From IMG/VR virus record IMGVR_UViG_3300015263_000962, positions 1 to 64,000 of that record: a stretch of 64,000 nt of DNA. One strand, given 5' to 3'. The DNA is from a virus. The stretch's first letter is position 1, and each line of letters opens with the position of its first letter. Shown in pieces: positions 9,427 to 18,512 of the stretch. A model generated the notes under the pieces. That model saw nothing but the letters and a program-made list of their open reading frames with translations. It ran no database searches and was not told the origin of the DNA. Both the position numbers and the translations under genes were made by a program.

Positions 9427-9978
9427 ATGCTATACAATTTCGAGCATCAGGTATTGGTTGGAACCATTTTGGGCGGTTCCTCTTTGGTGAAACCACCAAA
9501 GGGCAAGAACTACTACTTGTCCATGCGTAGCAAGAACGAGTTGTGGCTGAAATACAAGATGGCAGAAATGCCCAATTTCTTTAAGAACCCCAAGATACAC
9601 CAGTATGGAAGCACAAACCGCTGCAACTCTTCATGTTGCGGCACGCTTACTGAGATTCATGACATTTTGTATCAAGGAAGCAAGCGGCACGTCTCAATGG
9701 AGATTCTGGATAGCTTGCAGGACATCGCTCTGGCTGTATGGTTTCTGGATGGGGGCAGCAAGACGGGACGTGATCGAAAGAACGCCTACATCAATACCAC
9801 GAAGTTCGGGGAGGCTGGTACAAAAATTGTATTGAGGTATTTCAACGAGATCGGGATGCCGTGCAACCTGAACCGAGATGGAAGTCGGCTCAAAGTGCTT
9901 TTCACAGTCGAAGGAACATTGGAATTTTTCAAGGTGACTGCACACCGTTTCCCGACATTCATGTACAATCGCCTTTAG
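9427..9978 (+). CDS. free-standing LAGLIDADG homing-endonuclease-like protein, catalytic motifs degenerate
   Basis: QVLVGTILGGSSL and LAVWFLDGGS double-motif pattern; MYNRL C-terminus. Confidence 0.8.
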   Translation: MLYNFEHQVLVGTILGGSSLVKPPKGKNYYLSMRSKNELWLKYKMAEMPNFFKNPKIHQYGSTNRCNSSCCGTLTEIHDILYQGSKRHVSMEILDSLQDIALAVWFLDGGSKTGRDRKNAYINTTKFGEAGTKIVLRYFNEIGMPCNLNRDGSRLKVLFTVEGTLEFFKVTAHRFPTFMYNRL

Positions 9979-9985
9979 GCGCATG

Positions 9986-10018
9986 AAAAAAGCCCGGCTT
10001 TTACACCGGGCTTTCCTT
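9986..10018. terminator. bidirectional terminator
   Basis: AAAGCCCGG-loop-CCGGGCTTT between convergent genes. Confidence 0.75.
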
Positions 10019-10024
10019 CTTTGG

Positions 10025-10624
10025 TTAGTCGTTGTTGATGATCTTCGATTGACTCTTGACCCAAGCCTGAAACGCTTTCATTGTGTTTTCATCAAGAGGA
10101 GGCATTGTCTCCTCGGCTACAGGTTCTTCTGCCACTGGTTCCTCGACAACGGGTTCTGCCACTGGTTCTTCAACCACTGGCTCTTCGATGACGGGTTCCT
10201 CGACCGCTGGTTCCTCGACAACGGGTTCTGCCACTGGTTCTTCAACCACTGGCTCTTCGATGACGGGTTCTTCCACCACAGGCTCGACGACAGGTTCTTC
10301 TTCGACGACGGGCTCTTCCACCACGGGTTCTTCAACCACTGGTTCCTCGACGATTGGTTCCTCGACAACAGGCTCAACCACTGGTTCTTCAACCACTGGC
10401 TCCTCGATGACGGGTTCCTCAACGACAGGCTCTTCCACCACGGGTTCTTCAACCACAACTGGTTCCACGACGACAGGTTCTTCGATAACCGGTTCTTCGA
10501 TCACAGGTTCTTCTGTGATAACGGGTTCTTCAACCACCGGCTCGTCAACGACGACGGGTTCGGGTTTGTGCGGCTTTGGCTTATGGTGAGGCACAGGCCG
10601 CTTGCGTCCACGAAATCTTCCCAT
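10025..10624 (-). CDS. EEPVV-repeat protein with basic N-terminus
   Basis: GGAG SD; [10 protein letters not shown] then about 30 EEPV[VIA] pentapeptides and a short C-terminal helix. Confidence 0.8.
   Translation of the reverse strand: MGRFRGRKRPVPHHKPKPHKPEPVVVDEPVVEEPVITEEPVIEEPVIEEPVVVEPVVVEEPVVEEPVVEEPVIEEPVVEEPVVEPVVEEPIVEEPVVEEPVVEEPVVEEEPVVEPVVEEPVIEEPVVEEPVAEPVVEEPAVEEPVIEEPVVEEPVAEPVVEEPVAEEPVAEETMPPLDENTMKAFQAWVKSQSKIINND
10110..10555 (-). repeat. 15-bp coding tandem repeat (EEPVV)
   Basis: Degenerate GAAGA[AG]CCNGTNGT[TC] units. Confidence 0.9.
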
Positions 10625-10634
10625 GTCAAACTCC

Positions 10635-11420
10635 TTACCCTACGACGGGTGGTTCTTCATCGGCGACGGGTTCTTCAACCACAGGCTCTTCGGCCACGGG
10701 TTCCTCGACGACCGGTTCTTCGATAACTGGTTCCTCGACGACGACAGGATCTTCCACCACAGGCTCTTCAACCACTGGTTCCTCGGCGACGGGTTCTTCA
10801 ATGACCGGTTCTTCGATGACAGGTTCTTCAACCACAGGCTCTTCGATAACCGGCTCTTCAACCACAGGCTCTTCGGCCACGGGTTCTTCAATGACCGGCT
10901 CTTCGATGACGGGTTCTTCAACCACAGGCTCTTCGACGACCGGTTCTTCAACAACGACAGGCTCCTCGTACAGCACAACGTCAGCGATGACAGGTGCAGC
11001 AGGAGCGGCTGGCGGAACGATGTCGATTACGACGAAGTGAAGATGATCACCCTCGACCGAACGGTTGCCAGCGTCGTCAATATCAATCATGAAAATGTCA
11101 ACGTCCGAGTTCTCTTCGAGAACCAACTCATAATGAGTCATAGTGACATCCATGATTTCGTACATGCTTTCCACGCCATTGATCATGACGTGTAGTTCAC
11201 GAGACACAACGTCATCGGCACCCAGTGCGGGCAAGCCGATCTTGTAAGTGTACTTGTCCATCAAACCTCCAGAAATGTTTAAGATGGTTGGCTTCTGTGG
11301 CTTTAGCGGCCCCCCGTCGTTACGAACGACTGGAGGTACATCCTTGTAGGCATACCAGATCAAAATCGTCTGGATGGCTATGTGGAGAAGACATGCTGCG
11401 ACCAAAACTAAAACCGACAT
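10635..11420 (-). CDS. membrane-anchored protein: TM helix, Ig/Fn3-like domain and EEPVV repeats (alternative start 11261)
   Basis: Hydrophobic N-terminus; DIDDAGNRS...PPAAPAAP; about 20 EEPVV units; ATAAATA 5 nt before ATG 11420; GGAGG before ATG 11261. Confidence 0.75.
   Translation of the reverse strand: MSVLVLVAACLLHIAIQTILIWYAYKDVPPVVRNDGGPLKPQKPTILNISGGLMDKYTYKIGLPALGADDVVSRELHVMINGVESMYEIMDVTMTHYELVLEENSDVDIFMIDIDDAGNRSVEGDHLHFVVIDIVPPAAPAAPVIADVVLYEEPVVVEEPVVEEPVVEEPVIEEPVIEEPVAEEPVVEEPVIEEPVVEEPVIEEPVIEEPVAEEPVVEEPVVEDPVVVEEPVIEEPVVEEPVAEEPVVEEPVADEEPPVVG
10645..10966 (-). repeat. 15-bp coding tandem repeat (EEPVV)
   Basis: Same unit as in the neighbouring gene. Confidence 0.9.
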
Positions 11421-11442
11421 ACCTATATTTATCCCTAATAGA

Positions 11443-11709
11443 CTAGAATAAGCGGCCCTGAACCATTTTGGGTTCGGGTTTCTCCGCAGGGGGCGGATCG
11501 ATCAGTTCGCCGTGTTGTTTGGCGAAGTTCAACGCTTTCCCCGGCTTGTATTTCATCCAGTTTGGGAAGAATCCATTGTAGAAGTACGCCGCATCCATGA
11601 TGTAGGTGTACCGCTTCCCGTTCACGGAAAACGAGATCCGACCCGACTTGTCGTACCCGACAACCCGGATGTTGTGCTGAGCCTCAAGCCACTGAATGAA
11701 ATTTTGCAT
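11443..11709 (-). CDS. small protein with capsid-targeting-like N-terminus (MQNFIQWLEA)
   Basis: CTACATA 4 nt before the ATG; body weakly KTSC-like. Confidence 0.65.
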   Translation of the reverse strand: MQNFIQWLEAQHNIRVVGYDKSGRISFSVNGKRYTYIMDAAYFYNGFFPNWMKYKPGKALNFAKQHGELIDPPPAEKPEPKMVQGRLF

Positions 11710-11764
11710 ACATTATGTAGCTGCTCCCGGCAGCAAATTGGCATGTGAGAGATGTACATAAAAT

Positions 11765-12553
11765 ATGCACAGATTATTCACACTCGCCATCCTTTTGTTG
11801 TTCGCCCTATCTTCTCCCGTTTCGCCAGCCTTCTCGGGAGAACCAGATGTCAAGCTTCACAATGACTGTCTTTACCCCACCGTCATGATCTTGGGAAAGT
11901 GCGGCCCTTGCTACTCGGTGGGAACTGGTGTTGTGGTCAAGTCGGTGGAAGATAAAGAAACCGGCAAGTACCACAACTACGTTCTGACTGTCGAACACAT
12001 CTTGCTGGACAAGCTGGAATTGAGGAATGAAGAGGGCGAGGTGACGACGACCATCGAGCCCGAGTACAACATTCGCAAAGGCAAATACGAGAAGTGGTCC
12101 AAGTACACCGGCCACGATCAATACATTGGAACTGTCGTGTTTTCGAAGGATGGCGTCTCAGAAGATGTGGCACTGATGGTGTTTGACACAGACCACGCTG
12201 TTGCTGTGGCTAAGATCTACAAGAGCCCAGAGCTTTACATCGGGAACGATGTCTTCAGAATTGGCTGTGGGTTGGGAGAGCCATTTCGCTTGGATTACGG
12301 CAAGATCACATCATTGCCAGAGTCGGTCGATAGAATCGTTGATGGAACCAAGCACACCTTCCGAATCTCTGCTGACACGTTGCCCGGTGATTCGGGTGGT
12401 CCTGTTTATCACGAGTACAAGCTCATTGGCATCACGCAAACAATCAGAACGATTCCCGGACCAATTCAGAATACACCGGTCTGCTTCATGACTTATGTGA
12501 TCCCTCTTGAACGCTACATGAAGCACAAAGAGATCGCCAGCATCATTGGTTGA
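11765..12553 (+). CDS. secreted trypsin-like serine protease
   Basis: Signal peptide; catalytic triad motifs LTVEH, EDVAL and PGDSGGP. Confidence 0.9.
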   Translation: MHRLFTLAILLLFALSSPVSPAFSGEPDVKLHNDCLYPTVMILGKCGPCYSVGTGVVVKSVEDKETGKYHNYVLTVEHILLDKLELRNEEGEVTTTIEPEYNIRKGKYEKWSKYTGHDQYIGTVVFSKDGVSEDVALMVFDTDHAVAVAKIYKSPELYIGNDVFRIGCGLGEPFRLDYGKITSLPESVDRIVDGTKHTFRISADTLPGDSGGPVYHEYKLIGITQTIRTIPGPIQNTPVCFMTYVIPLERYMKHKEIASIIG

Positions 12554-13280
12554 GATCTTCGATGTGGCCTTTGTAGATTGAGTTGTTGCTTTTGCTGACG
12601 AACTCAAATTGAATGATCCTTCGCTGGAAGTCCATTCTCAAACCTCCGTGGCGATTGTCGCACTGGAATGTGTGAGTTTCGTGATTTCGGACTCGGCTCA
12701 ATTCCCGCCCACCACTGCCAACCACGACCTGAACAGTATTCTTGTTGACCGGCTTGAACAACTGCATGTTGTGATCGTGGCCGCTCAAGAACAATGTGGT
12801 GCGATCTGCCACCAGTTGATAGATATGTTCGGCGGCTTGGCAATTGGAATGCGCCCCAAATGTGAAGCGAGGCTTGTGATAGCAAATCACCAATGGACCG
12901 GACCACAACCTCAGTTCATTCTTGATCCATGCGTGTTGGTCTGATCCGGGTCTGACAGCAATCTGAGCGTCAAGGAAGAGAACTTTCCAGCCGGTGATCT
13001 GGATAGAATACCAGTTCGGGACGCCATCCCAGTACGTCTTGTAGCCGTCGAGGTTGCCGGTGTTCCAATCGTGATTGCCGGGGATCGGACAAGTGATGGG
13101 TTTCAGATGTCCGAAAGCCTTCTCGTAATGGCTTTCGTATTCTCTCAGAAGACCATTCTCATAGACATCGCCAAGATAGAAGAAGCGAAACGGATCATCG
13201 CCCGCAATGGTTTGGCCGAGTTTCACACTCTCAGCCGAACCATTCGCAGCATCACCGACAGCCCATACGATTCTCCCCAT
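12543..13280 (-). CDS. calcineurin-like metallophosphoesterase
   Basis: VGD, LGDVY, PGNHD, YHKP and SGHDH motifs. Confidence 0.92.
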   Translation of the reverse strand: MGRIVWAVGDAANGSAESVKLGQTIAGDDPFRFFYLGDVYENGLLREYESHYEKAFGHLKPITCPIPGNHDWNTGNLDGYKTYWDGVPNWYSIQITGWKVLFLDAQIAVRPGSDQHAWIKNELRLWSGPLVICYHKPRFTFGAHSNCQAAEHIYQLVADRTTLFLSGHDHNMQLFKPVNKNTVQVVVGSGGRELSRVRNHETHTFQCDNRHGGLRMDFQRRIIQFEFVSKSNNSIYKGHIEDLNQ

Positions 13281-13299
13281 GTAAAATAGGTAGAGCCTA

Positions 13300-13560
13300 T
13301 TAGACTGGTCTTCTCAAAAAGATGGGAGTTTGAGGGCCGACGTAGGCGTCCACGACATTGAACTCCATGTGTTCCACAGCATCTTCGAAACTCATGTCTT
13401 CCATGAGAATCTCGACACACTTGTTGTAGTCATAGATGATTGCAGGCTCACTGCCCTTTTGGCAGCCGACCCCAAGAATAGCTTCGTCGAATCCATCGGC
13501 CTTCAGGAGACCTTCGTACTCCTCCAAGAACTCCATCATCTCTGCACCATCTTTCGGCAA
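13300..13560 (-). CDS. conserved phage hypothetical protein
   Basis: ADGFDEAILG..IYDYNKCVEILM..MEFNVVDAYVGPQTPIF, a pattern common in phages. Confidence 0.7.
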   Translation of the reverse strand: MPKDGAEMMEFLEEYEGLLKADGFDEAILGVGCQKGSEPAIIYDYNKCVEILMEDMSFEDAVEHMEFNVVDAYVGPQTPIFLRRPV

Positions 13561-14066
13561 TAGTCGTACATGGCGATAGCGGATGCACAGCCCACGTTCA
13601 GAGAGCGAATACTCCCATACTGGGAGATGTAGACCATTCTATCACAAAGCTGGATGATCTCCTCGGTGAGACCCGTCGTTTCCTGTCCCAGAGCCAACAC
13701 AACGTGTTCTGAGGGCCATTCGAAGCTCTCGATGGGTTCTGCATCGTCCAAGTTGTCCACGCCCACTACGACGCTCCCAGAGAGGTCCAGTTCGTCGGTG
13801 AAACGAACGTGCTTCATCGTGGTGTAGAGGTGAGCCCCCACGGTGCCCCGTTTGTCGTACTGCTTGGAGCCGTAGACAATGACTTCTTTGGCGCAGAAAG
13901 CGTTGGCGTTGCGGATCACGCTGCCGATATTGAAGTCGTGGAACTTGTTGGTGATCAGGACGGAGAAGTTGTTGCAGTTCTCTCTCAAGTCTGCCTTGAT
14001 GGCATCTTCGGCCCAATACTTGTACCTGTCATCCACGTTTCTTGGATCTTCCCTGATCGTATCCAT
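13536..14066 (-). CDS. SpoU/TrmH-family RNA 2'-O-methyltransferase
   Basis: NIGSVIRNANAF, LGQETTGL and RSLNVGCA SPOUT motifs. Confidence 0.92.
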   Translation of the reverse strand: MDTIREDPRNVDDRYKYWAEDAIKADLRENCNNFSVLITNKFHDFNIGSVIRNANAFCAKEVIVYGSKQYDKRGTVGAHLYTTMKHVRFTDELDLSGSVVVGVDNLDDAEPIESFEWPSEHVVLALGQETTGLTEEIIQLCDRMVYISQYGSIRSLNVGCASAIAMYDYCRKMVQR

Positions 14067-14677
14067 TTTCTAACCTGTGCAGTGATGGGAGCAGGCGTTC
14101 TGATGTTGACATCCTTCTGAAAGAAAAATTCTTCTACAGCACGCTCGATGCCCGGTGTTGGGTGGTAACGATAATCGTCGATGATTAAGAAGGCCCCATT
14201 GCTCAATCTGGGCCACACCAATTCAAGAGCATACTTCGTCGGTTCATAAAGATCAAGGTCCAAAAAGGCAAAGCTGATTCGCTCAGGCAAGTCTTCTGGT
14301 GTCAGATCCTCGATCAACGACTTGTGGATGATTGGTGGCTCCAATGTGTAAGCAGCGAAAGTGTCCAAGATTTGTTCTGGTGTAGAGCAGAAGGTTCCGT
14401 TCTCGAAGCTGGCATCCTCTCCATCAAGTGAACATCTGCCGTGTAGTCCTTGAAATCCATCATAGATGTGGAGCTTCTTGTTCGGGCAGCACGAGTTCAT
14501 AAGGAATCGCAGCAAAGCAGTGGTCGCACCTTGAAAGCTACCCATCTCGATCACGTCTCCGATGACGTGTGTGGATTGGATCAGGCTCGTCCAAATGTTG
14601 CATTTTCGCTGAATGTCAACCGGCCCGATATTTAAGAGCGAATGGATTTTGGCGAGTTCGCTTGCTGGTATCATCAT
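13985..14677 (-). CDS. TylF/MycF-family O-methyltransferase
   Basis: GDVIEMGSFQG, YDGFQGL, AFLDLDLYEPT and IIDDY motifs. Confidence 0.88.
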   Translation of the reverse strand: MMIPASELAKIHSLLNIGPVDIQRKCNIWTSLIQSTHVIGDVIEMGSFQGATTALLRFLMNSCCPNKKLHIYDGFQGLHGRCSLDGEDASFENGTFCSTPEQILDTFAAYTLEPPIIHKSLIEDLTPEDLPERISFAFLDLDLYEPTKYALELVWPRLSNGAFLIIDDYRYHPTPGIERAVEEFFFQKDVNIRTPAPITAQVRKWIRSGKIQETWMTGTSIGPKMPSRQT

Positions 14678-14730
14678 TTGATTCTCCTGTGGGATATATA
14701 CCATGCCTAACTCACAATCAAGGAGGTTGT

Positions 14731-15114
14731 ATGAAGTACCTTATGCTTCTTGTGTTGGCCGCAAGCACTGTCTTCCTCGCCGGATGCTATCCGCACCGAG
14801 AGCGAGAAATCATCATTGAGCGGCACCAGTGTCCACCACAGCACTCGGATCGTTATCGACGACCGGAATATCCACAACACCATCAGTCTGCCTGTAACCA
14901 ATATCACCATTGCGGACGTTACAGTTGTCCGACCTGCCGGTACTACCACTGGTACACTTGCACCCGTTATGATCACTGCGGTCGTTACGACTGTCCGACT
15001 TGTCGTCGATACAGTTGGTCTGCTTGTACCCGGTATCATCACTGTGGCAAATCTACCTGCCCAGTGTGCCGACAAAATGGATGGTTTCGTGTAGACATTG
15101 AGGTCCACCGATAA
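14731..15114 (+). CDS. lipoprotein with three Cys/His-rich repeats
   Basis: AGGAGG SD; lipobox LAGC; three copies of C-x2-Y-x-H-C-G-x3-C-P-x-C-R-x3-W. Confidence 0.75.
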   Translation: MKYLMLLVLAASTVFLAGCYPHREREIIIERHQCPPQHSDRYRRPEYPQHHQSACNQYHHCGRYSCPTCRYYHWYTCTRYDHCGRYDCPTCRRYSWSACTRYHHCGKSTCPVCRQNGWFRVDIEVHR

Positions 15115-15314
15115 TGAGAACTCTCTTGATGCTGCTCAATCTAATGGCTTTTACCGCCGTTTGTATGATTGGGTTTGTCAAAACAGGCGTGGGTGAAGCG
15201 TTCATCAAGCACGCCGCCAAAGGAGTTGTAAGAGAGATTGTGCAGGATGAGCTTAAAAAGCAACTTCCTGCACTTCCGAAGGTTCCCGATAAGAAATGGT
15301 GGGAACACGTCTAA
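15114..15314 (+). CDS. small membrane protein
   Basis: N-terminal hydrophobic helix; coupled to the upstream stop (TAATG). Confidence 0.6.
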   Translation: MRTLLMLLNLMAFTAVCMIGFVKTGVGEAFIKHAAKGVVREIVQDELKKQLPALPKVPDKKWWEHV

Positions 15315-15396
15315 TTCACGGGGCCGTGTCTTCGGATACGGCCCTTATTCATTCCAAAAATTGTATTCCTCCCCCTAAATAATCTGAGGAGGCAGC

Positions 15397-15699
15397 ATGA
15401 AATACAGTTGGAAATCATGGCTTGAAGCCAGAAATCTACAAGAACAAAGCGAAGGTTTGCCCAAAGACAAAGAAGCTGCTCGGGAAAAGCCCGGTGGATC
15501 AAACGTAGGCGAAGATCGTGAAACATCTAAGGCTGGCGAAGGACCATTCTGCGGCCCGTCAGGTGGTGCTCCAAAGGGGAGCTATCCTGTGACAAATGCA
15601 AAGCAAGCCAGAGCAGCCAAATCGTATGCTCGTCACGCCCCGAACCCTTCTGGAATCAAGAAGTGCGTGGATCGAGTTATGGGACACAGTGAGGAGTAA
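15397..15699 (+). CDS. putative internal virion protein (MKYSWKSWLEA), C-terminus DUF6582-like
   Basis: CTAAATA plus GAGGAGG upstream; FCGP..SYPV..ARAAKSYA..NP. Confidence 0.65.
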   Translation: MKYSWKSWLEARNLQEQSEGLPKDKEAAREKPGGSNVGEDRETSKAGEGPFCGPSGGAPKGSYPVTNAKQARAAKSYARHAPNPSGIKKCVDRVMGHSEE

Positions 15700-15700
15700 T

Positions 15701-16306
15701 ATGAAAGACTTTATGCAATGGCTTTCTGAGCGAGGCATCAGAACAGCAATCAACGGAAACTATCCGCCTGCTTATGGTGCGATTCATGGCGTCACACCCA
15801 ATGCTATGACAGCCGTAACGGCGACTGCGCCAATTGCCCTCAAGAACACCGGCAAAGCGAAGGGCAAGTGTGATGAACTCAGCCCAGAGATGAGAAAAGA
15901 AGCTGGGTGCAAGAAAGAGTCAAAGCAATCGTCGAGTCCATGGAAGAGCTTCAAGCTCACTCAGGAATCTTTAACTGAAGGTCAGATGGACCCCCGAAAA
16001 CTCTGGGCGAGTTTCCTTACGACTCCCGAAGGCCAAAAGTATCACGACATCCCTCTGGAGAACATCGTGCGGGCATTGAGCGATCATTCCAACTGGAAGC
16101 TGGCCGCAACGATCAACTCTGATATTCATGCAGCGTTGGGAAGTCGATTGGGACAACCTCTCATTGATGCCCTCAAATCTTCGGCACCGGGCGGTAACGT
16201 CGAAGAAGATCCAATGGTGCAAGGCACTACACGTCCCTCTGGAGACGTTTACAAGCAGACTCAGGCATCCCGAGACATGATGGCTTTGCCTCACTGGAAA
16301 CGCTAA
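15701..16306 (+). CDS. putative internal virion protein (MKDFMQWLSE)
   Basis: GAGGAG SD; targeting-like N-terminus and an internal WKSFKLTQESLTE repeat of that motif. Confidence 0.65.
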   Translation: MKDFMQWLSERGIRTAINGNYPPAYGAIHGVTPNAMTAVTATAPIALKNTGKAKGKCDELSPEMRKEAGCKKESKQSSSPWKSFKLTQESLTEGQMDPRKLWASFLTTPEGQKYHDIPLENIVRALSDHSNWKLAATINSDIHAALGSRLGQPLIDALKSSAPGGNVEEDPMVQGTTRPSGDVYKQTQASRDMMALPHWKR

Positions 16307-16319
16307 GGTGAGTGCAAAA

Positions 16320-16352
16320 CGAAAGCCCGGCGAGATCCTCGCCGGGCTTTCT
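16320..16352. terminator. bidirectional terminator
   Basis: GAAAGCCCGGCGAG-loop-CTCGCCGGGCTTTC. Confidence 0.85.
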
Positions 16353-16724
16353 TCATTTTCCGCAGCCGCATTCGTCTATGGGGAGGCCGGATGCGATTGC
16401 CACGTTCTTGATGGGTTTGGGCATGTTTCTCAACGTCACGTCCCCTTCCCCACAAGGTTTGACCGTGACGTTTGACAGTCCGATCACCAGCACTGCTGTA
16501 CAGGTTGCGCCGCTGATGCTGAGTAAAACTCGCATTGGGCGGATGCCCAGTCGGCGTGCCTCATCCCGCATGATGCTGATGACTGAGTGCGGCTCGTCTG
16601 GTTCTTCTGGAGGTCTCGGTGGAGTTGGCTTGTTCCACAGATGTACTCCGAGTCCAATTAGGCCCAGACTGGCGATCAGTCCGACAAAGCCTATCAACAT
16701 TGCCGCACATGAACCTACTTCCAT
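16353..16724 (-). CDS. hypothetical membrane protein
   Basis: AAGGAG SD; N-terminal TM helix. Confidence 0.55.
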   Translation of the reverse strand: MEVGSCAAMLIGFVGLIASLGLIGLGVHLWNKPTPPRPPEEPDEPHSVISIMRDEARRLGIRPMRVLLSISGATCTAVLVIGLSNVTVKPCGEGDVTLRNMPKPIKNVAIASGLPIDECGCGK

Positions 16725-16740
16725 AGGCAGTCTCCTTGGG

Positions 16741-16926
16741 TTAGGAGCCCTTCGCCTCCTTGGTCAGTTGCTTTTCAGCTTCCAACCAGTAGGACTCCGA
16801 ATTGTTCTCCGGGCGACCCGCCTTTTCCCAGAGATCGTAAGCACGCTCACGAATCTGGGCCTCGGTGGGCCGTGAGGCTTCGGTGGTGGTTTCCTTGGTG
16901 GTGGTGGTTGAATCCTTTTTCGACAC
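16741..16926 (-). CDS. DUF2934-domain protein
   Basis: IRERAYDLWEKAGRPE..S..YWLEAEKQL signature. Confidence 0.85.
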   Translation of the reverse strand: MSKKDSTTTTKETTTEASRPTEAQIRERAYDLWEKAGRPENNSESYWLEAEKQLTKEAKGS

Positions 16927-16963
16927 GGGAATTGCTCCTTAAACGGTTCGGTGCGTGACCAAC

Positions 16964-17773
16964 TTAGGCCACTTTCTTGATCTCACGGTAAATCTCAGGC
17001 AGCGGCCTCACGTCCACTTGACGTTCCGTCGTCCGGTTTTGCGAAACCGAATGACTGATGGCGTGACTACGGAAATCCTGCTCATCGTTGAGAATTAGCA
17101 GATACCGCATGATCAGGCTGTCAGTTGGTGGGAACCGACCCTTGAGTACCACACAAAGTCTTTCAACCTTCACGCCGTCCCGATAGACACTGGTGATGCC
17201 GTGGCCGGGGAAGATTTGGTACACCAGTCCGCTCTTGGCACGCACAGAAACAAAACCGTTCTTCACGAAGCTACGGAATTTCTGCTGCCCCAGAACTCGG
17301 AGAAGTGTTTCTCTCGCTCGAACCTCACGAATATCTTCTGTGGGTTCGATAACAGTGCGGGACCGGAGGAATGCCGGTGCCTGCCGTTGTTGAATGATTT
17401 CCTTAAGGCGGTCCTCGGGCTTGCGAGGGGTAACGCCACCGCTTTCGTACCATTGGAGTTCCATCCGTGCGAGGTAAGAATCGGCACCATAGCAAGCTGC
17501 GGCGTGATTTCTCATCGCCCGTGCAACTTGCTTCCAACTAATCGTGGCTGTCGAGGCTGAGCCTGTCGTGTATTTGCAGGTCAGCCAGTCGTCGCAGGCA
17601 GACGTGGTGGAGTTGTCTTCGTACTCCCACACACTGTAGTAGTTGTTCGAGATTTTGCAACTACGAGCACTGGTGTCACGGTACTTGAGCGTGATGCCGT
17701 TGCCGGTCGTGCCGTAATCACCCCAACCTTCATAGATGGTCGAGCATGTGCTGTCTGAACTTGCGACGATCAC
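16964..17773 (-). CDS. hypothetical protein: Thr/Ser-rich N-terminus, C-terminal domain with LCV..P.D motif
   Basis: 269-aa ORF starting 3 nt after the GG-ending gene. Confidence 0.7.
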   Translation of the reverse strand: MIVASSDSTCSTIYEGWGDYGTTGNGITLKYRDTSARSCKISNNYYSVWEYEDNSTTSACDDWLTCKYTTGSASTATISWKQVARAMRNHAAACYGADSYLARMELQWYESGGVTPRKPEDRLKEIIQQRQAPAFLRSRTVIEPTEDIREVRARETLLRVLGQQKFRSFVKNGFVSVRAKSGLVYQIFPGHGITSVYRDGVKVERLCVVLKGRFPPTDSLIMRYLLILNDEQDFRSHAISHSVSQNRTTERQVDVRPLPEIYREIKKVA

Positions 17774-17776
17774 GAC

Positions 17777-18139
17777 TTATCCCCCAGCTACCAGTTTTGC
17801 AGTCGGCATGAAGATGACTTCTTCCGCATGGGGATCAAACTCACGCATCACTTCGGCAGTTGCTTTGCCGTTGGTTCCGACACGATACGGGGTAAGTCCT
17901 TGCTTGACAAGCTCAATGAAAAGTTTTTTCGCTTGCTGAATCTCGCCGAGCGACGTGCAGTCCCACGTCAACCGCTCATCGCCTTTGTCGGGGTGCATGA
18001 TGCGGAAGCAGTGACGGCCTGCGGCGACCTGCTGTCCGTCTTCCAAAAATTGTAATTCAGGCGGGACATCGATAGCCACTTTCAGCTTGCTGCCGATCAG
18101 CGGCGAAATGTCGATCTGTCTCAGTTCACTCGTCGTCAT
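17777..18139 (-). CDS. small protein ending in -AGG (ubiquitin-like candidate)
   Basis: CAGGAG SD before MTTSE; C-terminus FDPHAEEVIFMPTAKLVAGG-stop. Confidence 0.75.
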   Translation of the reverse strand: MTTSELRQIDISPLIGSKLKVAIDVPPELQFLEDGQQVAAGRHCFRIMHPDKGDERLTWDCTSLGEIQQAKKLFIELVKQGLTPYRVGTNGKATAEVMREFDPHAEEVIFMPTAKLVAGG

Positions 18140-18506
18140 CAAACATGGCTCCTGTTCGTTCTCGGTGTGCAAGTTCTGCCCAGCGTTCCATCTGTGCCGC
18201 AGACATTTCAACTCCGTCTCGTCTGCCGCCGTAGGATGAACCGTCGTGGGCCTTTCTCATACGTTCGGTGATTGGCTCCTTGTGATAAGTCGCCATTGTC
18301 GTGCGAACGGTTTCTTTGACATCTGCCGAGTAGCGGCCCGATTCGTAGATCACGCCATCTTTGATGACACGCCGATGTTCGTGGCCGCAACTGGGGCACT
18401 TCACATGCACTTCGTGGTTCAACGCCATGTTGAGGCGGACCATGAAGTAGCCCTGACACTCACCACAATAGAATTCTTGGGTGACTCGTTGCGGACGCTC
18501 TGTCAT
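18126..18506 (-). CDS. zinc-ribbon protein
   Basis: CGEC...CPSCGHEH. Confidence 0.7.
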   Translation of the reverse strand: MTERPQRVTQEFYCGECQGYFMVRLNMALNHEVHVKCPSCGHEHRRVIKDGVIYESGRYSADVKETVRTTMATYHKEPITERMRKAHDGSSYGGRRDGVEMSAAQMERWAELAHRERTGAMFDDDE

Positions 18507-18512
18507 CCTTGA

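Noticed and set aside
10624-10637. Readthrough or frameshift fusion of the two EEPVV genes
   Set aside because: The second gene has its own GGAG SD and ATG, and there is no slippery site.
9983-11195. Long plus-strand ORFs (FFNHWL and TGSS repeats) and a possible CRISPR-like array
   Set aside because: These are antisense shadows of the EEPVV coding repeats; there are no unique spacers between units.
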